64,000 nt of DNA, taken from NCBI RefSeq assembly GCF_030144855.1, contig NC_082715.1, positions 144,770,001-144,834,000 of the forward strand. The letters are read 5' to 3'. The position numbers were made by a program, and so were the translations under genes. Shown piece after piece: positions 26,171 to 39,388 of the stretch. Source of the DNA: Hypanus sabinus (lineage: Eukaryota). The notes below the pieces were generated by a model. The model saw only the letters and a program-made list of their open reading frames with translations, had not been told where the DNA came from and did not search any database. Position 1 is the stretch's first letter. Every line of letters starts with the position of its first letter.

Positions 26171-26569
26171 CTGTGCAGAAAGTAGATACATATACTGATA
26201 TAAATATAACAAGATTCATGCTTACGAGACTGTACCGGAGGCTGTTAGTGTCGGAATAGCCGAGGTGTGATTGAGTTACCAGAGTTTGAAGCACCGATTA
26301 CTGTTCTGCTTCTAATGTGTTGGGGCGGATGCGGTTTCCGCAGATTCCGGCGCACTGCAGAGATCACCGCTGCTAAATAAGTCCATATATGAGGTTCAAA
26401 GAGCTGTTGACCTGCTTTCACCCATCGAAATAGCAACGTGGGGCGCAAGTTTGCCCGCACCGGGCACTCCAGGGCGGTAGAGCAAGTCGTTCACTCGTTC
26501 CGCGCTGCGATTCATACTTATTTGTTTATCAGGGCATTGGAAAAGTTGATTTTCTTCAAACACGCCTAC

Positions 26570-26633
26570 TCTGAATATAAGCGGACAAAATGGAGTAAGT
26601 GACAACCACTACTGATGACATTGAAACCCACAT
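26570..26633 (-). CDS. Gene A candidate leader exon
   Basis: ATG..MWVSMSSVVVVTYSILSAYIQ plus phase-1 donor CAGA|GTAGGC, matching the V exon phase. An in-frame ATG just upstream of the V exon (MNLVIFISVYVSTFCTG) is an alternative. Confidence 0.5.
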
Positions 26634-26981
26634 GAGTGCATCTGCTGAAAACGATCGTGAACAACTTTTGCTCAAAAATACTGACAGGAGCCGAGCCCCG
26701 AGTTTGAACGTCACAGCATTATTACAGAATTAGGTTGGTCCTTCTGCAGAATCAGGCGCTGAAAGGTACGGTAAAACTCTGAAATCCAACATACGCCGAT
26801 AGTTGAGCATCTGCTTTGACGCCTCCATCCCAACACACAGTGACGCCCGCCCTCTTAGTCTTTCCGACTCATCGACACTCTCCCAAATTACCCCGCGCCC
26901 CTTTCCAGCTCTCCATTCTCCCTTTAAATCTACCTGACTCTTCCCCACAGCCCGAAGTATAGTTGCTTTCTTCCTGTAAAT

Positions 26982-27064
26982 CAGGGGTTCCCAACCTTTT
27001 TTTTTACATCGTGGACCCTTTCCATTTACCGAGAGATCCGTGGACACCAGAGGGGGAACCTCTG
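26982..27064. mobile_element. hAT (Charlie/Buster-type) MITE, 83 bp
   Basis: CAGGGGTTCCCAAC...GGGGGAACCTCTG imperfect TIRs; 8-bp TSD CTGTAAAT / CTCTAAAT. Confidence 0.75.
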
Positions 27065-27434
27065 CTCTAAATCATACGTATACTTTATGCCAGCACTGAT
27101 CCCTGTGACATCTCATTTGTCATAGGTTGCCAACCTGAAATTATACTTCGTTTTCGATAATTACTGTTTCCTGCATGTTAGCCAATACTGTATCATCCCA
27201 ACAATGTCGCCTCTGCAAACAGGCACTGTTACCCCTTTGAGGAATATTGGAAGTCCAAATACTTTCACTGATCCCCTTCTATGTTGAAGCCTATAGCCTC
27301 AATGATATAACCACCTTAATAATAAATTCTATCCTTATTTTCCCTACTACGTGTGTCGGGCTAATTTGCCTTCTCCATGAAGTTTACTCTAATTGAGACA
27401 AGGAGTATGAAACAAATCACAGAGGCGAAACACA

Positions 27435-27716
27435 CAGCTGAAGATAACAACGCTTGCTTTACTCACCACAGGAATTCAGCAGTTTATATTCTTCAATGCC
27501 GTATTGCTTATCTTCAGATTCATTGAAATGAAGACTCAATAAAGGACAGATTCTGTTAACGACAATGTATAAGAGAGTAATAATATTTCAAAGCGACTGA
27601 TATCTGGAAACGTTTCATGCTTAAAGTCCTCAGGTATGGATCAGCAGCAGCTGTTGCAACCAATTGGTGCTGTGGGGATGACCCGGGTGTTCTGTAAACA
27701 GGAAGTGAACCTTTGA
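27435..27716 (-). promoter_or_regulatory. Candidate gene A promoter / 5' UTR exon region
   Basis: Minus-strand donor TGTG|GTGAGT at 27467; ETS-type CAGGAAGTG 27699-27707, CCTTTGA 27710-27716, CAGCTG E-boxes 27435 and 27648, RUNX-type ACCACA 27465-27470. Short motifs, so weak evidence. Confidence 0.35.
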
Positions 27717-29133
27717 CAAGTTGTTCATAAAACGATTAGGTAAACATTATGGGTATACTTGTAGATACGCTGCCTTTTTGTCACATATCTAAATATCCCA
27801 TCTTTTCCACCCACATTATTCAACAAAGAAGGAGTAGTTTAAGGATATATGACGAAAAGTGATTAAATGTATTTTATTTTTTTGTCTTATCGTGCTTGGT
27901 AAAGGCAAGTAGAAGGCACAGTTTTAAGACGAAATAGGAATGATTTGAAGGGGACCCAAGGGGCAAATATTTCATATAGAGAATGGTGGTAAACAAAAGG
28001 AGTTGTTTGAAAGAGTGGCAGTGGTGGGTAAAATGACAACGTTTCAAAGACATTTAATTACTTTCCCTCACATATCCTTAAACTATTCCTTCTTTGTTGA
28101 ATAATCTCTGTGGATATATTTAGGAAAGGTTTAGCGGGAATGTGGGCTGAAGGCAGACAAGTCAGATTAACAGAGAGGCACCTTGTTCAGCAGAGAAGCG
28201 TGGGGCTGAAGGGCCTGCTTTCATTCTGTATACCTCTACGACGCGATAATATAATTATCTGTAAGCTTTATACTCCTGTTATTGTTTGAAGTGGTTTGCA
28301 CGTCTTCTATTCTTCCCAATATTTGTCATCTTCTTCTTCAGCATTCCCTCAGGATCGTTGGTGACTGACATTCTAGTTTTGTGGGTTCTATCATGGCGAC
28401 TGGGGCTAATGTGAATCTGAAGGCTTCCATAGAGAGACAGGAGGTTGAATAGTTTCTGATTCCTTCCGCATCTCCTGCAGTGTTTCTGTATATTCCTGCT
28501 TCGTGGTCTGGAGGTTCTCATTACCCTCCCAATGCCTCTCCTTTACTTTGAATGCGCCCCAGGAGATGGATCCCCAGGAGTTACTGGAAATGCTGGATTG
28601 ATTCAGAAAGTGTTCTGGGCTTCCATCAAGAAGCTCTGAACACATTTCATAATCATTTTACAGTACCTATTCCTCCGGTAACTTCTTTCTGCGACAGAGC
28701 TCAGAATAGAATGAATTACAAAGTCTCTGGAAGGAGTCAACCGGGCAGGCAGCATCTGTGGAGGTGGGTGAGTTGGTCCATTTTTACTTGGAGACCATAT
28801 ATCAGCTTCCACTGATGCTGCTAACATGCTGCATTTCTCTACAGTTACTTTTTGTGCTCCAGGTTCAAGCACATGCAGTTATCATATGTTTTCTTGAAAA
28901 GAACGTCAGTTTAAGGACTCTGATATAGGGCATATGAATGAATTCACCTGTGAAACAAATTGAACTAAAAGTTAATCGAGGCTGTCTGCTGGTCACTTGG
29001 TATATTCATCATTTTGGAGGGTTTCATGGAGGCAGTGCTGTTGAGATACGTTCAGTGTTTTGAGGTCCCTGCAGAAGGTAGTCCATATTGCAGAAGAATC
29101 AAAGAAGGCACGGACCTCTGCAGTCCTGTAGAC

Positions 29134-29899
29134 TAGTAGTCGCCAACCAGTCGATCTTTGAGACTTTCCCAGTAGATTCCAAAAAAAAAGAAAAATATAT
29201 AACCAAATACATTATGCCTAATAAACCTTTTGTTGCAAATATGTAGTAACTTCTACTTTCAAAAAGGAGCACTCGACAACTTCATGCTCAAAAGGAACAA
29301 CTTTATCTAGGACGGTAAAATGATATTCACATACATACGATTTCACCAATACGCACTAGGCAGAAAAGACCGGAAGGAAAACCCCGCAACCCCGGAAACA
29401 ATCTCTCTTTACAAACAGTTTTCCGTAGCGGGAATATTGCTATATTACCATAATCCTAATTGGTATTAATTTATATTTATAATGCTCACATTACAAAGCT
29501 TCCTCCCCTTTAAATTCCAACGTTCCCCAAATGTAAAAGAAATGGAAAACGAAAACAGTGGTGTCATTAGCATGCGCATCTCTGAAACTTACCAATACCA
29601 GGAAAGTTGAGGAGCTGGAATCGGGGTTGAATGCTCAGCAACATGCTGCTCAGAGGACGTGAATCGACAAGTGTTAAAGGACTTGTCACTCTGTGAATAT
29701 TTTTCACGACAGTTAAATGAATCCCTGGATGTAATGCAAACAACTCAGTTTGTTGTGTTTGTCAGAATGGCTTTCCAGGATTTTACAACAAAGGAGGACT
29801 TCCTCAATCTGTTGCACTTAAAGGAGAAAACGAGAGGTGAGGATATTTACAGCGAGTTAAAAAAATGTCCGTGAAAATGACATCCCCATTCATAAGCTG
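29134..29899 (+). mobile_element. hAT (SPIN/Buster-like) transposon relic, truncated by a CR1 junction
   Basis: TIR-like TAGTAGTCGCCAACC; FSRQLNESLDV..TQFVVFVRM..KEDFL.LLHLKEKTRGEDIY is a hAT transposase motif. Confidence 0.75.
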
Positions 29900-31305
29900 C
29901 CAGATGAAGTGGTAAACGTGGGCTCACTTTTAACATTTAAGAAAAACTCGGACAGGTACATGGATGAGAGGTGTATGGAGGGATATGGTCCAGTTGCAGG
30001 TCAGTGGGACTAGGCAGAAAAATGGTTCAGCACAGCCAAGAAGCGCCAAAAGGCCTCTTTCTGTGCTGTAATGTTCTATGGTTCTATGGTTATATGTGAC
30101 TAAACATAGTGATGGAATTAGAGCCGTAGACGTAGTCTTTATGCATTTCAGCAAGGCATTTGATAAGGTACCCCATGCAAGGCTTATTGTGAAATTAAGG
30201 GGGCATGGGATCCAAAAAGAAATTGATTTGCGGATCCTGAACTGGCTTGCCCACAGAAAGCAAAGTATGGTTGTAGCCGGGATTTAGTCTCCATGGAGGC
30301 TGGTGGCCAGTGGAGTGCCTCAGGGATCTGTTCTGGGATCCCTACTCTTCGGGATTTTTATAAATGACCTGGATGAGGAAGAGGAGGGATGGGTTAGCAA
30401 ATTTGCTGATGATACAAAGGTTGGAGGTGTTTTTGATAGTGTGGAGGGCTGTCAGAGGTTACAGCGGGACATTGATAGGATACAAAACTGGGCTAAGAAG
30501 TGGCAGATGTAGTTCAACCCAGATAAGTGGGAGGTGGTTCATTTTGGTAGGCCAAAGATGATGGAAGAATATAACATTAATGGCAAGACTCTTGGCAGCG
30601 TCGAGGATCAGAGGGTTCTTGGGGCCCGAGTCACTTAAGACACTCAAAGCTGCCACAAAGGTTGACTCCGTGGTTAAGAAGGCATACGGTGCATTAGCCT
30701 TCATCAATCGTGGGATTGAGTTTGAGAAGCGAGGGGTAATGTTGCAGCTATATAGGACTCTGATCAGACTCCACTTGGAGTACTGTGCTCAATTCTGGTC
30801 CCCTCACTACAGGAAGGACGTGGAAACCATAGAAAGTGTACAGAGGAGAATTACAAGGATGTTGCCTGGATTGGGGAGCATGACATATGAGAATAGTTTG
30901 AGGGAACTCGGCCTTTTCTCCTTGGAGCGACGGAGGTCGAGAGGTAACCTGATAGAGGTGCACAAGATAATGAGAGACATTGATCATATAGATAATCGGA
31001 GGCTTTTCCCCAGGGCTGAAATAGCTAACACGAGAGGGCATAGTTTTAAGGTGCTTGGAAGTAGGACCAAAGGAGATGTCAGGGGTAAGTTTTTTTACAC
31101 AGAGAGTGGTGAGTACGTGGAATGGGCTGCAGATGGCGGTGGTGGAGGCGGAAACGATAGGGTCTTTTAAGAGCCTCCTGAATGGATACATGGAGCATAG
31201 AAAAATAGAGGGCTATGAGTTAGCCTCGGTAATTCTAAGGTAAAAACATGTTCGGCACAGCTTTGTGGGCCGAAGAGCCTTTATTGTGCTGTAGGTTTTC
31301 TGTGA
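29900..31305 (+). mobile_element. CR1 LINE RT-to-3' end, at the junction between units A and B
   Basis: [33 protein letters not shown]; LYRTLIRLHLEYCAQFWSPHYRKDV. Confidence 0.9.
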
Positions 31306-31704
31306 TACGTTAAACCACTACTTCAATATGCAGACAAGGTAACTGCGTCAAATGTGACACAGTCTTAAAAAACGAAGCCATACTTTTTGCAGCCATAAAC
31401 TTATTTTATGGAAAATAGAATTATTTTAACTTTTCCTTTTTTTCTTCTTTTCTCGCTCTTTTTTCTCTCTCTGTCCCTCAAACAATCACTCCTTGCCTGC
31501 TCTCCATTTCCCTCTGGTGCTCCCCTTCCCCTTTCTTTCTCCCTAGGCCTCCCGTCCCATGAGCTTTTCCCTTCTCCAGCTCTGTATCCTTTTTGCCAAT
31601 CAACTTTCCAGCTTTTAGCTTCATCCCACCCCCTCCTGTCTTGTCCTATCATTTCGGATATCCCCCTCCCACTTTCAAATCTCTAACTACTTCTTCTTTC
31701 AGTT

Positions 31705-31740
31705 AGTCCTGACGAAGGGTCTCGGCCCGAAACGTCAACT
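31705..31740 (+). ncRNA. Hammerhead ribozyme motif, paralogous copy in the unit B Penelope tail
   Basis: AGTC-CTGACGA-A-GGGT-CTCG-GCCC-GAAA-CG-TC-AACT: intact core and helix II, one helix I mismatch. Confidence 0.6.
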
Positions 31741-34700
31741 GTACTTCTCCCTATAGATACTGCTGTGTTCCACCGGCTTTTTGTGTGTGTGTCGCTTGAA
31801 TTTCCAGCATCTGCAGATTTCCCCGTGTTTGCGTTTTACAAACACTCCATGAAGCTAATGAATCGGGGAATAATAAAATTAGTAATGAATGATTCGGTAG
31901 CCAGTGATCTGAGAAAGTGCTGGAAGAGACAAATTCATAACAGCAGAATTAAATTGAATTGAAGCATAGCTCTGGGTTAAATAATTGGCTGAAATATCCT
32001 TCATTTACACTTCACACTTCTTAGCCACTTTGCAAGCAAGCCTCGTAGGTAGCAGGAACGTTCTGCACTCCGTGGCGAGAACTTTCGCAGTCGGAGGACG
32101 GTGTAAAACAGAGTTGAGGTTTTGTGACCTTTATGTGTGTCTTGCTCTGACGAACAACAAAGCAACACCTTTCGTGAGAACTACAATAATTAGAAGCATT
32201 GCAACAGGACTGTTGCAATTTCACCAGCTTTACTAGACTTCCTTTATTCACACCTTTGAAAGGATACACAGCACCAGTTTCCGTAAATCAAGCAACAACT
32301 ATTCTGCCGATACGTTGCAGACAATTTTGAGACACATTCCTTGCATTAATCTCCCATCATTTTAACCACATTCTCTATCCGCATAGCATTTGCCCGATTT
32401 TTAAACTGTGCTCTCTTTTTCTTTCTCTTACCAACGATCAGATTTAATTGCTGCCCTGATGCGTAAGTTGGACTAGCAGCTCTGCCACCAGCCGGTCGGA
32501 AGACAGTCGGGGCAGTGGGATTGCTGGTTAGTTACAGACTCTTTGACCGTCCGGCCTTAGCAGCGAAAATCAATTCCTATTTGTTCCACCGGGAGTTTAA
32601 ATCGCCGCTTATTTGTTTGCTGCTATTTCTGACATCCACAGTTTTATTTATCCGATAACATCACCGAGGCTGAACTAAAACACAAACTTGCGAAATACGA
32701 TGTTTCGGGACATGAATTGGGAACGAAATGGGAGAAATTGGTGAATAGGGGGAGGTGGGAAGATTAGGAGCTGAGCGACGAAGTGAGCGGTGGTTGGGAT
32801 ACTTAACGACGACAGGCTCGTTGAGAAGGGGAGATTGCGGACAGGTTGGAAAGTTGGGTGAATGGTTGGGGATTCAGGAGAAGGATGGCGACATCTGGAA
32901 ATAGACGGGAAGATTTGAGGATGGGTCGATAAAGTTAGAATATGGATTTGGAGGAATGATTGGTAGATTTGGAGACGGAAAATGACACTCTGGACAATGG
33001 CTCTGGTGCCGGTTAATGGGGGCATTAGTGAGATCAGCGGATGCTCTTAATGAGCGGGAAAGGTGAGAGAAGATATTGCAGGACTCCTAAAAGATACGAT
33101 AGGAAACGGAGCACAAATAAAACATCCTGAAAAAAACAAGAAAGGGTAAAGTTCCCGTGATTTTCTTCTGCGTTCTTTTTGCATTCGTAGCCAAATAATT
33201 CCCTGAATAAAGAAAATATTAACGTTGTGCAGCCAGTGAAATGAGGAGTTAACTTGCCCCAGAACAGGAAAATAGTTTGCAAAAGAAAAAGCAGTATTTG
33301 TCTAATTATAGTACTTCGTTAAGAGTGAAGTTGGACCGGCCGGATATAAACTTCCGCTAAAATACACTTCAATACAGTTTCAATTTCACCAGATACTGCA
33401 AATCTCGCACAGACAGCAAGGATCTGAGGTAGATTTAAATTGGTGGGATAACTAAGACTGCTGATTGGGGAGAACAGTTGCATCGAGGAGAGGATAATTT
33501 TGAGTAGTGTCTGAACAACGCCGACGATATCCCAGGAGCTAAGTGCTTTATGAGCAAAGTTTTAATCCCTGCCGGACAGACATAGAATGTGGGAAGAGTA
33601 CTGTGGAAGGGAAACAAGCGAGTAGCTCAACAGATAATGTTTCTGTCTCATCGACTGCCGATTTACAGTAATCCTATAATAATCCCATTTTTATTGTTCT
33701 TCTCACATTCACGTTATCTCTCCGCCACCCATCCCCAATTCATCTACGCTTTGAGGAAAATCATAGTGGTAATGGGCTTCACAGGCCGCACGTCTTTGGG
33801 ATGCAGGAAGAAAAGCAGAGAACCCACGGGGGGAGCTTGCAAACTCCGCAGAGTCAAACTCAGAGGTCAAAGTTCAACTCAGTTCTCTGGCATTTGGAGG
33901 AAGAGCCTCTACTCGGTGCGTCAAAATAAAAAATAATAATTAGGTTGGGGTGCTTAACATCCAAGTATTACTATGACTGTGTGTCCCAGAAGGTAATTGG
34001 AGGAGTTAGGCCACAGACTGCGGGGGCATTTTAATGTCTGTAATGTATATGGGTAATGTATCCGATCACTGCTGTCTGCACGCAAATACATTGCGAATCT
34101 GATTCTGTATTTTAATGATTGGTCTCCAATGTTGCCCTTTCCCGGCGCGCCAGTGTGAAAGCGCCGTGTTAATGTGGAAATGCTGGTCGAGTACCAGTAT
34201 CTGGCAAGGAAGGAGTTAGAAAGCAGTGATGAGATGTAAATAATTTAAACATTTCGGCAGGGGCTGGAACTACAACAGTTTCGAGGCGAAGGAGGCATCT
34301 CTGCAGGCTGGCTTCATCTGAACCAGTAAGTGCCGGGAGATTTCTGTCTCCTAGTTTTGGTTTCGGGGTGTTGCGGTGTGTGGGTGTAGGTTTATCAGCA
34401 TCTGGTGACTGCGGAGAGCCTGGTAGTGGAAGTCTGCCATTTTGCTTCCCGTTTTTAAACTTAGATGGTGGGGTTAGAACAAATTTCCGGACTGGAGCAC
34501 AGAAGTAGTCTCTCATAGCTCTGACGAAGGATCGCAGACCCGAAACCGACCGTTTCTCTTGCTATCGAGTTGCCGGACCTATTGGATCCATTCCCCAACC
34601 CCCACTGAGCATTCCGTGTTTTTTTAAAACTCAGATCTTCGGCATCGGGAGTTTATCTTGTGATTCCAACTCTCTGTCGGCAACGGAACTCTGGATTCAG

Positions 34701-34852
34701 GAATTTATATTCTCATTAATCAGTGAGTGTTTATTTCAAATTTCAAAGTAAACTTATTATTAATGTACATATATGTCACAATATACAACCATCAGATTCA
34801 TTTCCTAAATAATACTAAGTAAATCTATAGAGTAATAACCATAATGAATTAA

Positions 34853-35445
34853 CGAGAGATCCCCTCCCCTCCACAGGGCAACGGCAGAACGGCCTGACTT
34901 ACCCCACGGCGAGGACAGGACAAGACAAAACAGATCCCCCCCCCCACAGGGCAACGGCAGAACGGCCGGACACCCCCACGGGGGCGAGGACAGGAAGAGG
35001 CAAACACCAAGGAACGACAGACAGTTCCACCTCTGCATCGGGGTAGCTCCGAGTAGCCATTACGGCCGGCAGCCTTGGCTGGCTACGGAAGCAACCGGAT
35101 CCCTGCCTAGCTCGGAGTGACTGACGGCCACCCAGCTGGCCCAGGAAACAGCTGAATCCATACCGCAATGACCGCTCCGACTACGACCAGCAAGGCTCCC
35201 AGAACCCATGGTTCTCATACCATACCAAGGATAGCAAGAGTCCGTTCTGGCCTTCCACCAGCCATCTGTGTCATGAGTATCTTGCACACACACACACACA
35301 AAATACCAGGGCCACTTATATTCCCAGTTCCAATATGAGCCTCAGGTGTTTCTAGTTAAGTCCAACCACAGCAAGGGACCACTGGAAAACCCGGAGACCG
35401 GACACCGCGGACTGGACCGCGGACTTCGAACTGAACCACCCCACA
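34853..35445 (-). mobile_element. LTR-like insertion specific to unit B
   Basis: Absent from unit A; begins TGTGGGG on the minus strand; internal ~60-bp tandem duplication at 34860-34990. Confidence 0.45.
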
Positions 35446-35771
35446 AGGGAGATAACAGCCAAGCTCTGCTGGTAACACAATCCAGCTAACACACTACACG
35501 ACTTCAGCGATTTCTGATTTCTTTGCAGATTCCCAGAATCTATTTGCTTTGCTAGTCGAAGTCTTGTCGGAAGTGGTGATGGCGAGTTGCAGTTGCTGGA
35601 AGGACGGTGTCAAAACGTCAGCCTAAATCTTATCTTTACGCAGCACTGGAGTAAGCTACAGACATTTCATCCTCATCTCCACTCTGTGCCTTGGGGGCTC
35701 CTTCACAGATTTTCAAAGCTGCATATTCTGCCTGTAGGTATAGGAAATAGAGACAGTTTCATTGCCTTTTA

Positions 35772-35772
<1 letters not shown>

Positions 35773-35846
<74 letters not shown>
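35773..35846. repeat. (CA)n microsatellite at the unit B deletion breakpoint
   Basis: Long CA run; unit A has only a short CA run at the equivalent site (~19399-19408). Confidence 0.95.
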
Positions 35847-35848
<2 letters not shown>

Positions 35849-36719
35849 ATGCCCTACCATTTACCATGTATGTCCTATTTTGATTCACGGGGACAACATC
35901 AGTGAACATATTAGGGGAACGGCCATGGAATCTAGCAACGCTGTTATAAACATGGAAGTGATATTGGTCATTAATACAAATAAATTTAAGGGATAACGAT
36001 ATTACTCTTTATTTCCCCAAACTATGCGTGGGGCATTGTTGAGAACATATTACTGGTGATATTCAGTCTCATATGTTACATTTCAAGCATAATCAACAGC
36101 TAATTCTTAAAGTCCTGAAGGACATTGCGCAATGTAAAGTAAGCAAATATGAACTGAGTAACCCGAAGCAGAAAACAAAGAAACAAGGAAACTAAAATTA
36201 AGATAACAAAACATCCGATCAGTTTAGGACTAGAGGACTTCTTCAGTGTTATTACGAACGTTAGCGACTATTGTATATTTGAGTAAAGCCAAAACGTAGA
36301 GTGTGATACAATAAGGAAAAGGTTGATTATTGGAGTGAAGGTATTAAGTACCGACATGAGGATAAATGCAGGAATTGTTTTAATATTCTATCTCGAATCA
36401 ATAAAAGAAAAGGTGCGACTGATTTATTATACTGATATTTTCTCAGAGTTGATTTTAAAATCACTGCAGTGTTACGCCTTTCCAGACAGTTAATTGCCGT
36501 ATTTAAACATACTCCAGGACGGATTAAGATGCGCCAAATGGGCTCCTTTGTCCTGTACATTTCTTGGATCCACGATCATTATTTGAAACCGACCCCCAAT
36601 CGTGTCCATTTTAACGGAGCATTTTGTTAAAAATCTACTACTATAGAAAGTCTATATTGGTTATTTGCAGCGAAAATTGCGCGTGCTTCTAATATTGGTG
36701 GCAAAAGCACAATACTCAC

Positions 36720-36821
36720 GTTCCGCATTCCAACGCCTTGCGGTTAAGAGAAATGTAACCAGTAGGAGCATGCCCATCGGCAAATAAATCCATCGACGGT
36801 AGTTCGTCTGGATCTCGGATC
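36720..36821 (-). CDS. Gene B transmembrane exon
   Basis: (G)SEIQTNYRRWIYLPMGMLLLVTFLLTARRWNAE; same acceptor and donor as gene A; 13 of 102 nt differ, no indels. Confidence 0.78.
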
Positions 36822-39016
36822 CTTATCGAGAATTAAGATAATAATGGCTATTATTGCTATAACCATTATAGCAAACTATATTTACTTCAACAAATATAAC
36901 TAAAACTTAAAAAAAACAACCAAAATTATCATTGCTATTATCGCAGCGAGCTGGCCCACAATGCGTTGAGATCTCTTCACAATACTGTGTAAACTACATC
37001 AAATGAATTTATTAGAAGTTTGGTCCTTATTGAGGTGAATTTCTCTTATTAGCGAAGTGCGTTTTATTAAAATACAACAGATGACATCAAGTTTTAAAAG
37101 GTTCAGGAGGGAGTTTCCTGAATTCTGAGAAATGATCAATTCGTAACCGCACGTTAGTGTTTCAGGCTCTGTGTGCATTGGCGTCAACACACAGAATCGG
37201 CATTTTTACCTGGCACCTGTTATAGAATTAGATAAATAAAATATTAGAGCAGAGATATATTAGAGTAGAGACAGTAACATTCGTTGCTTGACCTGCTGAC
37301 TGTATTAATTTATTTCGTGTTTTATCTCAGATTTCCTGCGTTTATTTCTTTAAATCACAATATGTCCAGATCTTCCAGTTTATGCTATTGCCTGCTTTTG
37401 CAGCTCCGTGGCTATCCTTGAATAAATTGTGCAACGACTTTCAGAAAATTTAAATGTAAAAGTCGACAGTTCGAGTAACAGTAGGACGATTCAAAGCGAT
37501 TGTGTTTATTTATGGAGAGGATATCCAGTTATCTGATCTGCAATGGTCTTCATTTCCAGGCATAAGAGTACCGCTGACATTCGGTATCCTGAAACCGATC
37601 AAAAAAAGATACAAGCTCTGATTGAACTGCAAAAAGAGGAGGAATGGACATGGGGCTAGCAACCCCATTCCATAAAGAAATTGGAGCTAGAAGAAGCCGA
37701 AATAAGCTCCGAAGAATTCATCCCTGGGAGAGGAAAGTTCTTCGTTTAGAAGACGTAAGATGGTCTGCACCTGGGGATAACTTCAAAAAGACTCCGGCGA
37801 GCTTCTGTCGGCGGTTTATGCCACATAGGGGGTGATGAGCTTAAAAAGAATAAGAAACACTGATTGAATATACCTATGAGAAGAATAAATTACATGTAGG
37901 AGAGGTTATTTGCCTATTTTGCATATTGATTTGTCAGCCTTTATGTATAGTTTTTCATAAATTCTAATATATGTCTTTATTTTCCTGGAATTTCCGACAA
38001 GAAAGTGAATCTCAAGGCAGCTATAGTGATATATACATACTTTGATAATTAATTTACTTTTACTAACGCTCCCTCTATTTTTGCTTACAGCTGCGCCGAT
38101 CAGCCATTGCTCTGAGCAGGAAATTTTTAACGCGGCCTGAAATCTGCCTGACACCTGTGAATACTTAAAATGAACATCGAAAAAATCTCATACCATTGAT
38201 TTTATTTAATAATTGAATTGGTATCATGAAATACGTTACAACAAAGAAAAAACCTTCATGTTTCCTAAGCATTTTTCCGGTTGTCTTTACTCCAGCAGCG
38301 CAGCGACGAAGACGCCGTGCGCGGGGGCATTGCTTGTACTGTGCGGCCACGCAGCCGCGCAGTTCAGATGGAACAAAGAGTGGCCTCGACTGGTAAACGT
38401 ACCGACTAGGTGGCAATGTTTCGGTCAAATAGGTGCGTCCAATTTGACCCAGATCTTCCACACGCATTAATGTTAATTACTAAAATACAGTAGAGCTGAA
38501 GCCAGATATTTTAAAGTTATCTACATTGATTCCATAAAACTGTTTGAAAGTGGAACACACCTATACTATGTTCCGTTCGCTTCCGTCTCCCCAGGTGCCT
38601 GTTTTGCTTGTGACGGATGACAACACATTTGGAAATGCTGACCAGTCTTACTATTGCAGAAGGGCCGTGTCTCTCGGCTACTTTGAGAATCTGGCTGTAT
38701 GGCCGAGCGAGCTGCTGCCTTCACCTCCCTGCATCCTGGCACACCTCAACACCCTTTATTGACAGTCGGGAAAGATCGGGGCGAGTCATTCAGCCGACAT
38801 CCCTTCACACAAGTCCTCCTGCCCAAATCCCGACCTGGTACTGTTGATCCGTGGCAGCTCCAGCTTTTTTTTTAAATTTTGAGATCATGAACTCAGTCTA
38901 CTGTTCAATTGAATCTTTGCGTCGCTGATAAACATGTAATCGTGAATGTAAGTTCAATTTCAATAAATCCGAATACAGTATATTTCCATGTATTTAAACT
39001 TAATCATAAATCCTAC

Positions 39017-39388
39017 CTATCACGATCAACCGGCTTCCGTTGCCCACGAAAACTCCAGCGGATGGCGGATTTAGAGCCATCAGTTCACAGTAATATGTGC
39101 CGCTGTCTTCTTGCTGAAGATTATTTATTGAAAACTCGCTTCTGATTATGCTTTGCTCTTTGGTAATTTCCACCTCGATAGAAAGGTTTCTTTTGTATGT
39201 GTGGTTCATGTAAATTACGTAAGTTTGATTCGTTGCCTTTTCTGATCGATGAAGCCAGTTGATTGCAAAGTCGAGAATTTTATCCGCAGAAAAGTTGCAG
39301 ATCAGATTCGCCCTCCCCCCTTCGGGCACTGTGAGATAACTGGGTGTTTGGTGAACACGAACCCCTTCTATGACACTTTGTGACCAGC
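39017..39388 (-). CDS. Gene B Ig V-set (VJ-type) exon
   Basis: Same as gene A except SEFSINN and LNPPSAGVFVGNGSRLIVI; splice sites intact. Confidence 0.92.

Larger units (their letters stand above)
14910..29899. repeat. Segmental duplication unit A (paralogous to 31425-43117)
   Basis: Colinear similarity: 14910-19410 with 31425-35800, and 22647-29899 with 35884-43117. Shared insertion junctions (Penelope tail, hAT MITE). Confidence 0.95.

Noticed and set aside
26171-26294. ORF-track N-terminus MLQTLVTQ... as the real start of the V protein (also 39389-39512)
   Set aside because: It runs through a good phase-1 splice acceptor at 26171 and most likely reads intron sequence.
26836-26875. CACAGTG heptamer as a RAG recombination signal near the V gene
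   Set aside because: No nonamer at 12 or 23 bp spacing, and the V exon already contains its J-like strand. I saw no RSS flanking either V exon.
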